From Nitrospinaceae bacterium (GTDB lineage Bacteria; Nitrospinota; Nitrospinia; Nitrospinales; Nitrospinaceae): DNA of 64,000 bases. Position 1 is the stretch's first letter; every line of letters begins with the position of its first letter. Where the stretch lies: contig OZ245011.1 in the NCBI GenBank assembly GCA_965223665.1, positions 2,912,001 to 2,976,000 on the forward strand. The letters run 5' to 3'. The notes below the pieces were generated by a model, which did no database searches, was not told the origin of the DNA, and was given only the letters and a program-made list of their open reading frames with translations. Below, in pieces: positions 24,296 to 33,695 of this stretch. The translations under genes were made by a program, and so were the position numbers.

Positions 24296-24862
24296 ATGGC
24301 GACTGCAAATCATGCCGGAAACCCAATTAACGACGGCGCGACTCCAAAAATGGCGGATGAAATTCTTCAATTTTCAGAAAAGTTAAAAAGATTCTTTCTT
24401 GAAGTTCTGGAAGCTTTTCGTTATTTGCTGGAACAGGGTATACGCAAAAGTTGGAACCGAGTGAAGGAAGAAGTGGCTTTTCTTTGGAAACGTTTTACCG
24501 CCTTTGATTTTGTTTGTGGCAACTTAAGTCTGGCGGCTTTGGGTGCTAGCATTTTAGTATTTTTTTCGGGATTTGGTGTCCTCGGTTACCAAATCTTTTT
24601 ATGGCTAAAAGATGGAGTTTGGACCGAATTTCCTTTAATGAAAGCTTTCAATTATTTTTTTGAAAACACGGCGCTACAGGAATGGGTACAAAATCCAAGT
24701 TCCTGGTTGGGCCTCCACCAATTGGTGGAATGGAATTTGATAAATATTCCTATTTCGTTGGTGTTAATTGTTAATGGAATTGGTGGAATCGGGTTTATGA
24801 TTTTTGTTATTTCTTCAGCACTTCTGATTCGACGATTTCAATTCAAACATCGCGAAGCCTAA
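24296..24862 (+). CDS. Hypothetical membrane protein
   Basis: ATG 24296 preceded by GGAGGAGG; two TM regions. Confidence 0.7.
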   Translation: MATANHAGNPINDGATPKMADEILQFSEKLKRFFLEVLEAFRYLLEQGIRKSWNRVKEEVAFLWKRFTAFDFVCGNLSLAALGASILVFFSGFGVLGYQIFLWLKDGVWTEFPLMKAFNYFFENTALQEWVQNPSSWLGLHQLVEWNLINIPISLVLIVNGIGGIGFMIFVISSALLIRRFQFKHREA

Positions 24863-24890
24863 ATTTTTAAAAAATTGCAATTAATTTTTG

Positions 24891-24928
24891 CCCTCAATAA
24901 AAATTCACTTTTTTACTGAGGGTTTTTT
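24891..24928 (+). terminator. Intrinsic terminator
   Basis: CCCTCAATAAAAA...TTTTTACTGAGGG followed by T6. Confidence 0.6.
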
Positions 24929-24971
24929 ATTTAATTGGGTACCCCAGCTTTCCTTGAAAATTAATATAAGT

Positions 24972-25342
24972 TTAATTGACTGGGAGATGTGGAGACTTTG
25001 GATTTATAAAGTAGTTAAAAATCCGTTTATATATTTCTATAATTATCCAGACAGGCAGGGAAGCTAAAAAAATCCAGCTCCAATCCATTAGTTTAATGGG
25101 AACAGTTTGGAAGTATACATTTAAGGGGCTATAGATTAATAAGAAATGCAACAGGATTGATATCCACACGGCCATTAATATTTTTAGATTCGAAAAGAAA
25201 CCAATTTCAAAAACAGATTTAGTGGCAGAACGGCAATTTATGGCATTGAACATTTGTTCAAAATCATGATGGAAAAGGCTACCGACTGAGAATAAGTGAA
25301 ATCATGATTGTTTAAATACAATGAGTGTCAGGTTAAGGTACC
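24972..25342 (-). pseudogene. Remnant of cation-transporting P-type ATPase C-terminus
   Basis: FNAINCRS...FFSN..L...IY.PLNVYFQTVP..W; upstream GTL..*..YSQSVAFSIMI lies in another frame (frameshift ~25260, internal stop). Confidence 0.8.
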
Positions 25343-25381
25343 TAAGTCTGAATCGAGAGAAGATGACTTTAAATCTAATAA

Positions 25382-26815
25382 TTAATTCTTTTTTGAAAGA
25401 TATTCATGAATTCCAATGGCAGCTTTTTTACCTGCTCCCATAGCCGAAATTACCGTTGCGGCTCCTGTTACAATATCTCCACCCGCAAAAACTCCCGGTT
25501 TTGAGGTTTGTTGAGTGGGTAAATCTGCTACTTCAATATGTCCTTCTGAATCTGTTTCTAAGTCAGATGTACTTCTGGAAATTAACGGATTAACCCCGCT
25601 TCCAAGTGCGATGATCACGGCATCCGCCGATAGAGAAAACTCACTTCCTTTGATTGGAACAGGACGTCTTCTGCCAGAATCATCTGGTTCCCCCAATTGC
25701 ATTTTGGTGCATTTCATATTGGAGATCCATCCGTCCTGGCCTTTTAATTCAAGGGGAGAAACTAAGAAATGAAACTCTATTCCCTCTTCTTTTGCGTGCT
25801 TGATTTCTTCATTTCTGGCAGGCATTTCCTCTTGAGTTCTTCTATAGATCAGCATTACTTTTTCTGTGGTCGGTAGTCTCAAAGCGGTGCGGGCCGCATC
25901 CAGGGCGGTGTTGCCTCCTCCTATTACCGCAAAAATTTTATGGGGATGAATTGGAGTATCAAAGGAAGGAAATTCCCAAGCATGCATTAAATTGATTCGC
26001 GTTAAAAACTCATTGGCGGAATAAACGCCATTCAGATTTTCTCCGGGAATTCCCAGAAAGTAAGGTAATCCGGCCCCTGTACCTATAAATACTGCATGAA
26101 ATCCATCTTCTTTCATTAATTCATCAAGTGATTTTATTTTTCCGATGACATAATTTAATTTTATCTCCACTCCCAATTGTTGGAGGTATTTTAATTCACT
26201 TTCTAAAATTTCTTTAGGCAGGCGAAATTGAGGTATGCCATAAAACAGCACTCCACCGGGTTTGTGCAGAGCCTCGAAGATGACTACCTCGTAACCCCAC
26301 TGTGCTAAATCTGCGGCTGCTGCTAAGCTTGCCGGGCCTGCTCCAATGATGGCTACTTTTTTTCCATTGGAGGGAGGTTTTGAAAGCGGTTTATTTTCTC
26401 GTTGGGTTCGCTCGTAATCTGCGACAAATCGTTCCAATTTTCCAATTGCTAAAGGCTCTCCTTTAATGCCGATGACACAATGTTTTTCGCATTGGTCTTC
26501 TTGGGGACAGACACGACCCGTAATGGCAGGAAGCGGGTTTGATTCTTTTATGACTTTGGCGGCTTCTAAAAAATTTCCTTCAGCAACTAATTGGATAAAA
26601 TCGGGAATATGTACTCGAACTGGACACCCCAAAACACATTTAGGCTTTTTGCATTGGATACAGCGGGAAGCTTCAAGTCGTGCCATAGCGGGTGTATACC
26701 CGAGATCAACTTCCTGGAAATTCTTTTTGCGGGTTTCCGGGTTCTGTTCACGGGTTGGGGTCCGAGGAATTTTATTGCCCTTTTTTTTTGTTTTATCTTT
26801 GTCCATTTGTATCAC
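25382..26815 (-). CDS. NADH-dependent reduced ferredoxin:NADP+ oxidoreductase large subunit (SudA/GltD-like)
   Basis: RCIQCKKPKCVLGCPV, GRVCPQEDQCE, GAGPAS, GGGNTALD, GGDIVTGAATVISAMGAG. Confidence 0.9.
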   Translation of the reverse strand: MIQMDKDKTKKKGNKIPRTPTREQNPETRKKNFQEVDLGYTPAMARLEASRCIQCKKPKCVLGCPVRVHIPDFIQLVAEGNFLEAAKVIKESNPLPAITGRVCPQEDQCEKHCVIGIKGEPLAIGKLERFVADYERTQRENKPLSKPPSNGKKVAIIGAGPASLAAAADLAQWGYEVVIFEALHKPGGVLFYGIPQFRLPKEILESELKYLQQLGVEIKLNYVIGKIKSLDELMKEDGFHAVFIGTGAGLPYFLGIPGENLNGVYSANEFLTRINLMHAWEFPSFDTPIHPHKIFAVIGGGNTALDAARTALRLPTTEKVMLIYRRTQEEMPARNEEIKHAKEEGIEFHFLVSPLELKGQDGWISNMKCTKMQLGEPDDSGRRRPVPIKGSEFSLSADAVIIALGSGVNPLISRSTSDLETDSEGHIEVADLPTQQTSKPGVFAGGDIVTGAATVISAMGAGKKAAIGIHEYLSKKN

Positions 26816-26830
26816 ATTATAATCAATAAT

Positions 26831-27694
26831 TTACGGTTGGATTACTTCATCCAAACCACAAACTGCTTGCGTGTCATTTAGGTATTTTTCCTTTGATTGA
26901 ATTTCTTCCGGAAGATAGGATTTTAATCTTTGAAGTAATCCGGAAAAATCCACTTCGTGTCCGTCAAATTCAGGACCATCTACACATGCAAATTTCATTT
27001 CATTACTAACCATAACTCGACAAGCGCCACACATTCCCGTTCCATCAATCATGATTGGGTTTAGGCTGACCACTGTTTTTATATGATAGGGTCGGGTCAA
27101 TTCCGAAACGGCTTGCATCATTAGGAGAGGTCCAATTGCCATCACTCGATCTATTTGGATTTCTTGTTCTAATAAATTTTTAAGACAATCGGTAACGAAT
27201 CCTTTATCTCCTGAACTTCCGTCATTGGTAACGACAAAAACCTGTTTAGACACTTTGTGCATTTCGTCTTCCAGTAAAATGAGTTCCTGAGTGCGTGCCC
27301 CAAGAATCGATATGGTGTTGTTCCCTGCTAAAGTCATTTCACGGGCAATAGGATAAAGAGCTGCAATACCAAAGCCTCCGCCCACCAAAACCACGTTTCC
27401 AAAGTTTTCTATTTCTGTAGGATTTCCCAATGGACCGGCTACGTCTAAAATAAAATCTCCTGTTTTCAGGGCACTCATTTCAATAGAAGTTTTACCCACG
27501 GCTTGAACAAAAAAAGTAAGGGTTCCTTTTTCTCGATCAAAATCTGCAATGGTAATGGGAATACGTTCTCCTGTTTCATCTAAACGAATGATGACAAAAT
27601 TTCCGGGTTTTGCTTTACCGGCAATGTCCGAAGCCCTCACTACATAACGATACACTTGGGGGGCAAGATGATTTTTTTCTAAAATTTCGTACAT
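26831..27694 (-). CDS. Nfn small subunit (SudB/PyrK-like, FAD and [2Fe-2S])
   Basis: ERIPITIAD, GPLGNP, GGGFGIA, MIDGTGMCGACRV, FACVDGPEFD. Confidence 0.92.
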   Translation of the reverse strand: MYEILEKNHLAPQVYRYVVRASDIAGKAKPGNFVIIRLDETGERIPITIADFDREKGTLTFFVQAVGKTSIEMSALKTGDFILDVAGPLGNPTEIENFGNVVLVGGGFGIAALYPIAREMTLAGNNTISILGARTQELILLEDEMHKVSKQVFVVTNDGSSGDKGFVTDCLKNLLEQEIQIDRVMAIGPLLMMQAVSELTRPYHIKTVVSLNPIMIDGTGMCGACRVMVSNEMKFACVDGPEFDGHEVDFSGLLQRLKSYLPEEIQSKEKYLNDTQAVCGLDEVIQP

Positions 27695-27925
27695 AGAATT
27701 AAACTGTTCCCCTATTGTTATACTTGGTTTTATTAATAGGGAATTTTGTAATCACTTTATTCCATCAAAATTTGAATTGCGTTAGTAAGGAATATTTTCC
27801 TGTTCCTATATATCTTATTATATAAAGAATAAAGTAAGAGAGGAAAGGTTTGTTGCGGTCTAAAGGTTGTGATAATTTACTAATCAGATGTTCTAATCGA
27901 AAATTTTTATTAAGAATAAAAAATC

Positions 27926-29086
27926 ATGAACCCGCAAACCACTATTGATCCTCAAGGGTTAAACCAACTCATTGAAAGCTTGATTAAAACTGGCTATCAG
28001 GTTATGGGGCCTACGCTGCGTGACGGTGCCATTATTTACGACACCATTTCTAAAGTGGAGGAACTGCCTCAAGGGTGGACGGACGAACAAGATGGAGGTT
28101 TATATCGGCTAAAAAGACGATCCGATCAAGCCTTTTTTGGTTATGTGGTTGGACCTCATTCCTGGAAAAAATTTCTCCATACTCCCCATAAACGATTGTG
28201 GCGAGCAGAGAAAAAAGATGAGACTTTTCAAATAATTCCGGATAACCGTGAAACCAAAAAACTGGCTTTTATAGGAGTCCGTTCTTGTGAACTTCACGCC
28301 ATTGCTATTCAGGACAAAGTTTTCTTACAAGGTGAATATGTTGACGCGTCCTACCAGGACGCAAGAAAAGACTTGTTAGTGATTGCGGTTAATTGTGGGC
28401 AAGCAGGGGGAACTTGTTTTTGTGCTTCCATGAATACCGGCCCTAAGGCAAGCTCTGGTTATGATTTGGTTTTGACAGAAGTTATAAATACTGACCAACA
28501 TTATTTTGTTGTAGAGGAGGGAAGTGAGAAGGGAACTTCTTTACTAAAGAAAATTCAGCATAAGGTGGCTGAGAATAGTGAAATAGAATTAGCAGAAACA
28601 ATTCATAAAAAAGCGGCGCAACAAATGGGACGAACTTTAGATACCACAAATATCAAAACATTGCTATATAACAATCCTGATCATCCCCGATGGGATAATT
28701 TGGCCGAACGTTGTTTGTCCTGTGCCAACTGTACCATGGCTTGTCCCACTTGTTTTTGTTCAACCGTAGAAGATGTGACCGATGTTACCGGGAACCATGC
28801 TGAGCGCTGGCAACGATGGGATTCATGTTTCACCATGGATTTTTCCTACCTACATGGGGGAAATGTCAGATCCTCTACAAAATCCCGGTATCGTCAATGG
28901 ATGACCCATAAACTGGCCAGTTGGATGGACCAGTTTGATTCATCCGGTTGTGTCGGCTGTGGCCGCTGTATCACCTGGTGTCCGGTGGGGATTGATTTCA
29001 CAGAGGAAGTTCGAGTCATCCGCGAAACATCAATTACCAAAAACAATAAATCTTCGGACAATGAGGCATCCCATGAGAAACCTTGA
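27926..29086 (+). CDS. Group 3b [NiFe]-hydrogenase (sulfhydrogenase) beta subunit
   Basis: GVRSCEL, CFCASM, CLSCANCTMACPTCFC, GCVGCGRCITWCP. Confidence 0.92.
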   Translation: MNPQTTIDPQGLNQLIESLIKTGYQVMGPTLRDGAIIYDTISKVEELPQGWTDEQDGGLYRLKRRSDQAFFGYVVGPHSWKKFLHTPHKRLWRAEKKDETFQIIPDNRETKKLAFIGVRSCELHAIAIQDKVFLQGEYVDASYQDARKDLLVIAVNCGQAGGTCFCASMNTGPKASSGYDLVLTEVINTDQHYFVVEEGSEKGTSLLKKIQHKVAENSEIELAETIHKKAAQQMGRTLDTTNIKTLLYNNPDHPRWDNLAERCLSCANCTMACPTCFCSTVEDVTDVTGNHAERWQRWDSCFTMDFSYLHGGNVRSSTKSRYRQWMTHKLASWMDQFDSSGCVGCGRCITWCPVGIDFTEEVRVIRETSITKNNKSSDNEASHEKP

Positions 29087-29534
29087 ATCAATAATTGCAA
29101 CCCATCCCTTTTTTGAAAATTTGGAAAACAAATATTTGAATCAGGTCACAGGATGTGCCTCAAATGTAAGATTTGAAGCGGGTAATTTCATTCACCGTTA
29201 TCGGGAGGAAGCCAACAGTTTTTACATCATTCGCCAGGGAAAAGTAGCTTTAGATATTTGCCCTCCCGGGAAAAAACCAGTCACAGTTCTCACACTAAGC
29301 GAAGGGGAAATTTTAGGATGGGCCTGGATGGTTCCACCCTATCAATGGCATTTTGACGTGCAAGCTTTAGAACTTACAAGAGCTATTGCATTTGATGGAA
29401 AGTGTTTAAGAAATAAATGTCAAAAGGACCATGGATTAGGGTATGAATTACTGAGCCGCCTTGTTCCCATCATGGGCCGTGCTATGGATGCCGCCCAATT
29501 ACAGCTTATGGATGTTTACGGAAAAAATAATTAA
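29073..29534 (+). CDS. Cyclic nucleotide-binding domain protein (no HTH)
   Basis: Start at MRNLES (29073); cNMP beta-roll (FYIIRQGKV, GEILGW). Confidence 0.85.
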   Translation: MRNLESIIATHPFFENLENKYLNQVTGCASNVRFEAGNFIHRYREEANSFYIIRQGKVALDICPPGKKPVTVLTLSEGEILGWAWMVPPYQWHFDVQALELTRAIAFDGKCLRNKCQKDHGLGYELLSRLVPIMGRAMDAAQLQLMDVYGKNN

Positions 29535-29544
29535 GGTGCAAGTA

Positions 29545-30384
29545 ATGGACTCATTAGTCCTAAATCCGATGGTTCCGGAACTTTATCAGGTAAACGAGAA
29601 ACTTGCTGAAACTTACGACACCTTTACTCTGTCTTTAAGTTCCGAAAGTTCTTCCAATGATTTTATTTATCTTCCCGGACAATTTAATATGCTCTATGCG
29701 TTTGGCGTTGGAGAAGTGCCTATTTCGATCAGCGGCGATCCTCGGGAATCCAAGCATTTGCTTCACACGATTCGTGATGTGGGAATGGTAACTCATGCTC
29801 TTCATAAATTAGAGCCGGGCCAATCCGTTGGGTTGAGGGGACCGTTTGGAAGTTCCTGGCCGATTGAAAAAGCCAAAGGAAACGATGTAGTCATAATAGC
29901 AGGTGGAATCGGGTTGGCGCCATTGCGACCTGCGCTTTATGCAATGCTTTCCAAACGAGACCAATATGGCGATATTGCTCTTCTTTATGGAGCCCGTCGC
30001 CCGGAAGACTTACTATATACGAACGAATTTGAAACTTGGAGAGGTAGATATGGAATCCAGGTTAAAGTTACAGTGGATTCCTCAGAACGTGAATGGCGTG
30101 GCAACGTGGGGGTAGTGACTACTCTAGTCCCAAGGGTCACATTCGACCCCGCAAATACTGTTGCTATGATCTGTGGACCGGAGGTGATGATGCAATTTGC
30201 ATCTTTAGAATTACAACATTGTGGAATTTCGGACGAAAATATTTTTCTCACAATGGAGCGAAACATGAAATGCGCCATTGGATTTTGTGGGCATTGTCAA
30301 TATGGACCTGCATTTATTTGTAAAGACGGTCCGGTATTTTCATTGGATCGTGTTCAACACCTTTTGGAAATTCGCGAGATTTGA
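29545..30384 (+). CDS. Group 3b hydrogenase gamma subunit (FAD/NAD(P), [2Fe-2S])
   Basis: [43 protein letters not shown]; start at MDSLV. Confidence 0.92.
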   Translation: MDSLVLNPMVPELYQVNEKLAETYDTFTLSLSSESSSNDFIYLPGQFNMLYAFGVGEVPISISGDPRESKHLLHTIRDVGMVTHALHKLEPGQSVGLRGPFGSSWPIEKAKGNDVVIIAGGIGLAPLRPALYAMLSKRDQYGDIALLYGARRPEDLLYTNEFETWRGRYGIQVKVTVDSSEREWRGNVGVVTTLVPRVTFDPANTVAMICGPEVMMQFASLELQHCGISDENIFLTMERNMKCAIGFCGHCQYGPAFICKDGPVFSLDRVQHLLEIREI

Positions 30385-30386
30385 TT

Positions 30387-31172
30387 ATGACCCGTAAATC
30401 AAAACCAAAATTAGCGGTTTGGAAATTTGCCTCGTGTGATGGTTGTCAATTAAGTTTATTGGATTGCGAAGATGAATTGTTATCGGTGGCGGGCGAGATT
30501 GATATTGCTAATTTTCCCGAGGCTTCCCGTGCCATATCCCCGGGTCCTTACGATTTATCCCTGGTGGAAGGATCAATTACAACTCCACATGATAAAGAAC
30601 GTATTCATGAAGTCCGAAAAATTTCGAAATATTTAATTACTATTGGAGCTTGTGCTACAGCAGGTGGAATTCAGGCACTTCGAAATTTTAAGGATGTTAA
30701 TGAATTTATTTCCGTCGTTTATGCTACGCCACACTATATAAAAACATTAGATCAATCCACCGCAATTTCTGAACATGTCCAAGTTGATTTTGAATTAAGG
30801 GGGTGTCCTATAAATAAAATGCAATTGGTGGAAGTCATTAGTGCATTTTTACATGAGCGCAAACCCGTTACGCCACCCCACAGTACATGCATAGAATGTA
30901 AATTGCGGGGAACCGTTTGTGTGATGGTGGCACAGGGAAAAATGTGTTTGGGCCCGGTAACTCACGCGGGATGTAACGCCATTTGCCCTGCCTACAATAG
31001 AGGGTGCTATGGTTGTTTTGGCCCCAAGGAATCTCCAAACCCAAGTTCATTGAGTCATTGGGAAATAGAAAAAGGAACCACCAGTGATGAGATTATGAGA
31101 GTCTTCCGGGGTTTTAATGCTTATGCAGAACCCTTTCGCGTGGAAAGTGAGCGCCATGACAAAGAAAAGTAA
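30387..31172 (+). CDS. Group 3b hydrogenase small (delta) subunit
   Basis: [37 protein letters not shown]. Confidence 0.93.
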   Translation: MTRKSKPKLAVWKFASCDGCQLSLLDCEDELLSVAGEIDIANFPEASRAISPGPYDLSLVEGSITTPHDKERIHEVRKISKYLITIGACATAGGIQALRNFKDVNEFISVVYATPHYIKTLDQSTAISEHVQVDFELRGCPINKMQLVEVISAFLHERKPVTPPHSTCIECKLRGTVCVMVAQGKMCLGPVTHAGCNAICPAYNRGCYGCFGPKESPNPSSLSHWEIEKGTTSDEIMRVFRGFNAYAEPFRVESERHDKEK

Positions 31173-32451
31173 GATCATTAAGGTGGACTACCTGGCCCGG
31201 GTGGAAGGCGAAGGATCTCTTTTTATTAAAATTAATGAAGATACTATTGAGGATGTCCAATTGAAAATATTCGAACCTCCGCGATTTTTTGAAGCATTTT
31301 TAAGAGACAGGAATTTTTTAGAAGTTTCCGATATCAATGCGCGGATTTGTGGCATTTGTCCTGTTGCTTACCAAATGAGTACCGTCCATGCCATGGAAGA
31401 TATTCTTGGGATTCAACTTGAAGGTCCTCTGCGGGAATTACGCCGATTATTATATTGTGGCGAATGGATTGAAAGCCATGTGTTACATATTTTTATGCTT
31501 CATGCTCCAGATTTTTTGGGATATGAAGATTCTATTCGGATGGCAGAGGACCATAAAGAAATTGTTGAGCGTGGATTAAGAATGAAAAAAGCGGGCAATA
31601 GCATTGTAGCCTTGTTGGGAGGACGTGAAATTCATCCGATAAATGTGCGGGTGGGCGGTTTTTATAAAGTGTTTACCAAAAAAGAACTTCAAATTCTAGC
31701 TGAAGAATTAAAATGGGCACGGGATGCTGCTTTGGAGACTGTTCGATGGGCCAGTCAATTAACGTTTCCTGATTTTGAAAAAGATTACGAGTTTGTCGCG
31801 TTACATCATCCAGAGGAATATCCATTTAACGAAGGAAAATTAATTTCCAACAAAGGGTTAAATATTGAAGTTTCCGAATATGAGAACCATTTTGAAGAAG
31901 AACATGTTGAACGATCGACGGCTTTACATTCAATCCTTAAGGAACGCGGGGCTTATTTTGTCGGACCTATGGCGAGATTTAATCTGAACTTTGATCAACT
32001 TTCTCCTATTGCAAAACAAGTGGCAGAGGAAGTAGGAATTCAAAAGCAATGCAAAAACCCATTTAAAAGTATTGTTATCCGGAGCATAGAAGTTTTATAT
32101 GCTTTTGATGAAGCGCTTAGAATTATCGACTCTTATGTTATGCCGGAAAAACCTTATATTGAAGCATTCCCAAAAGCGGGAATCGGCCATTCATGTACCG
32201 AAGCTCCTAGGGGAGCTTTATACCACCGTTATAAAATCGATGATGACGGAAAAGTAAAAGAAGCCAAAATTGTTCCTCCCACTTCCCAAAATCAAAAAAC
32301 GATCGAAAATGATTTATGGCAATTTGTTGAGAAGTATATTCAATTACCAAAGGACAAATTGACATGGCAATGTGAACAAGCGATTCGTAATTACGATCCC
32401 TGCATCAGTTGCTCCACTCATTTTTTAAAACTGGAAATTGAAAGAACTTAA
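31156..32451 (+). CDS. Group 3b [NiFe]-hydrogenase large (alpha) subunit
   Basis: ARVEGEG, L1 RICGICP, EAPRG, L2 DPCISCSTH plus short cleavable tail. Confidence 0.95.
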   Translation: MTKKSKIIKVDYLARVEGEGSLFIKINEDTIEDVQLKIFEPPRFFEAFLRDRNFLEVSDINARICGICPVAYQMSTVHAMEDILGIQLEGPLRELRRLLYCGEWIESHVLHIFMLHAPDFLGYEDSIRMAEDHKEIVERGLRMKKAGNSIVALLGGREIHPINVRVGGFYKVFTKKELQILAEELKWARDAALETVRWASQLTFPDFEKDYEFVALHHPEEYPFNEGKLISNKGLNIEVSEYENHFEEEHVERSTALHSILKERGAYFVGPMARFNLNFDQLSPIAKQVAEEVGIQKQCKNPFKSIVIRSIEVLYAFDEALRIIDSYVMPEKPYIEAFPKAGIGHSCTEAPRGALYHRYKIDDDGKVKEAKIVPPTSQNQKTIENDLWQFVEKYIQLPKDKLTWQCEQAIRNYDPCISCSTHFLKLEIERT

Positions 32452-32466
32452 AATATAAAGTCAAAA

Positions 32467-32937
32467 TTGGCTGTGAACCCAGATAAAAATCCATCCACAA
32501 TAGTCATAGGAGTTGGCAATTTGTTCAGAAGTGATGATTCCGTTGGAATCCTTGTGGTCCGAGAATTGAAGAAGTATCAAAAGGATAATCTAACAATCAT
32601 GGAACATAGCGGTGAAGGAATTTCTTTAATGGATATTTTCAAGAATGAAAAACAGATTATTTTAGTAGACGCTGTTTCTTCCAAAGAAAAACCCGGAACC
32701 ATTCATTTGATTGATCCTCATAAACAAGTTTTACCTAAAAAAATGTTCTCCTGCTCGACTCATAACTTTGGTGTTGCAGAAGCTGTGGAAATGTCCCGGT
32801 CTTTAAACCAACTGCCGGAGCAATTATTGATTTTTGGAATCGAAGGAAAAAATTTCCATCCCGGAGAAGACCTGTCCCCGGAAGTAGAACATGCAAAAAA
32901 AAAGGTCATTCAGGAAATCGTAAAAAAGACTGGTTAG
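32467..32937 (+). CDS. Hydrogenase maturation protease
   Basis: IGVGNLFRSDDSVG, LVDA, STH. Confidence 0.92.
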   Translation: MAVNPDKNPSTIVIGVGNLFRSDDSVGILVVRELKKYQKDNLTIMEHSGEGISLMDIFKNEKQIILVDAVSSKEKPGTIHLIDPHKQVLPKKMFSCSTHNFGVAEAVEMSRSLNQLPEQLLIFGIEGKNFHPGEDLSPEVEHAKKKVIQEIVKKTG

Positions 32938-33006
32938 TCCAAAATAATTGATTCGTTAAGTATTTTCCCACCTTTTAAAAATAAGAACCTTTGTAAACTT
33001 TAATTT

Positions 33007-33069
33007 TGCCGTATTTTTACTACAAGAATTACTAAGAAAATGCGGCTTTATTTTGGCAATTCCCACGAT
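33007..33069. promoter_or_regulatory. Putative NarL/GacA-type operator array (copy A)
   Basis: TGCCGTATTTTTACTACA palindrome plus AATTCCCACGAT; similar to 62937-62998. Confidence 0.5.
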
Positions 33070-33183
33070 ATTTATTCTTCCCGGTAATTCATATAATCAA
33101 TTCGGAAATTGAGATTTCCAAATTAAAAAATTATTTATTCAATTCTTTAAATAGGTTGTTATTTTCAAACCAAGGAGGAAATT

Positions 33184-33579
33184 ATGGCGAAGAGCAAAAT
33201 TATGATCGTTGATGATGAGCAGGATATTCGTGAAGTAATAAAACTTCATTTGGGAGAGGACACATTCCAAATTTTAGAAGCCGGGGATGGTGGGGAGGCC
33301 ATACGGATACTTAAGAGCGAAGACAATTTAGTAAGTGTGGGCTTGATTCTATGTGACATTCGTATGCCTAATGTCGATGGGGTGGAGTGTATAGATTACC
33401 TCAAACAAAATGCTCCGGGGATTCCCATTGTGGTTATAACCGCTTTTCCTGATCCTGAACTTGCAGCTTCTTTGATTAAGCGGGGAATAAAAGATTATTT
33501 AGTAAAACCGCTTGAAAAAGAAAAATTAAGAAAAACGGTCGATACTATTTTGGCCGCAGGGAAAGATTTTGATTATTAA
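33184..33579 (+). CDS. Single-domain response regulator
   Basis: IVDDE, CDIRMP, ITA, KP; AGGAGG RBS. Confidence 0.92.
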   Translation: MAKSKIMIVDDEQDIREVIKLHLGEDTFQILEAGDGGEAIRILKSEDNLVSVGLILCDIRMPNVDGVECIDYLKQNAPGIPIVVITAFPDPELAASLIKRGIKDYLVKPLEKEKLRKTVDTILAAGKDFDY

Positions 33580-33695
33580 CATTGAAGAACTGACCTGTTA
33601 TTCCTCTTCCTCTCCTCTAACACTACCTTATTTCGAATGAGGGATAGCAGGTCCTCTTAGATTTTTGAACGAATTTTATTTGAGGGATTTATCCA

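Noticed and set aside
25382-26815. Glutamate synthase small subunit
   Set aside because: No gltB is adjacent, and pairing with a SudB/PyrK-like gene indicates Nfn.
27788-27800. AAGGAATATTTTC shared by the hydrogenase and 60.7-kb kinase promoters
   Set aside because: A single 13-bp AT-rich match without shared flanking structure cannot be distinguished from chance.
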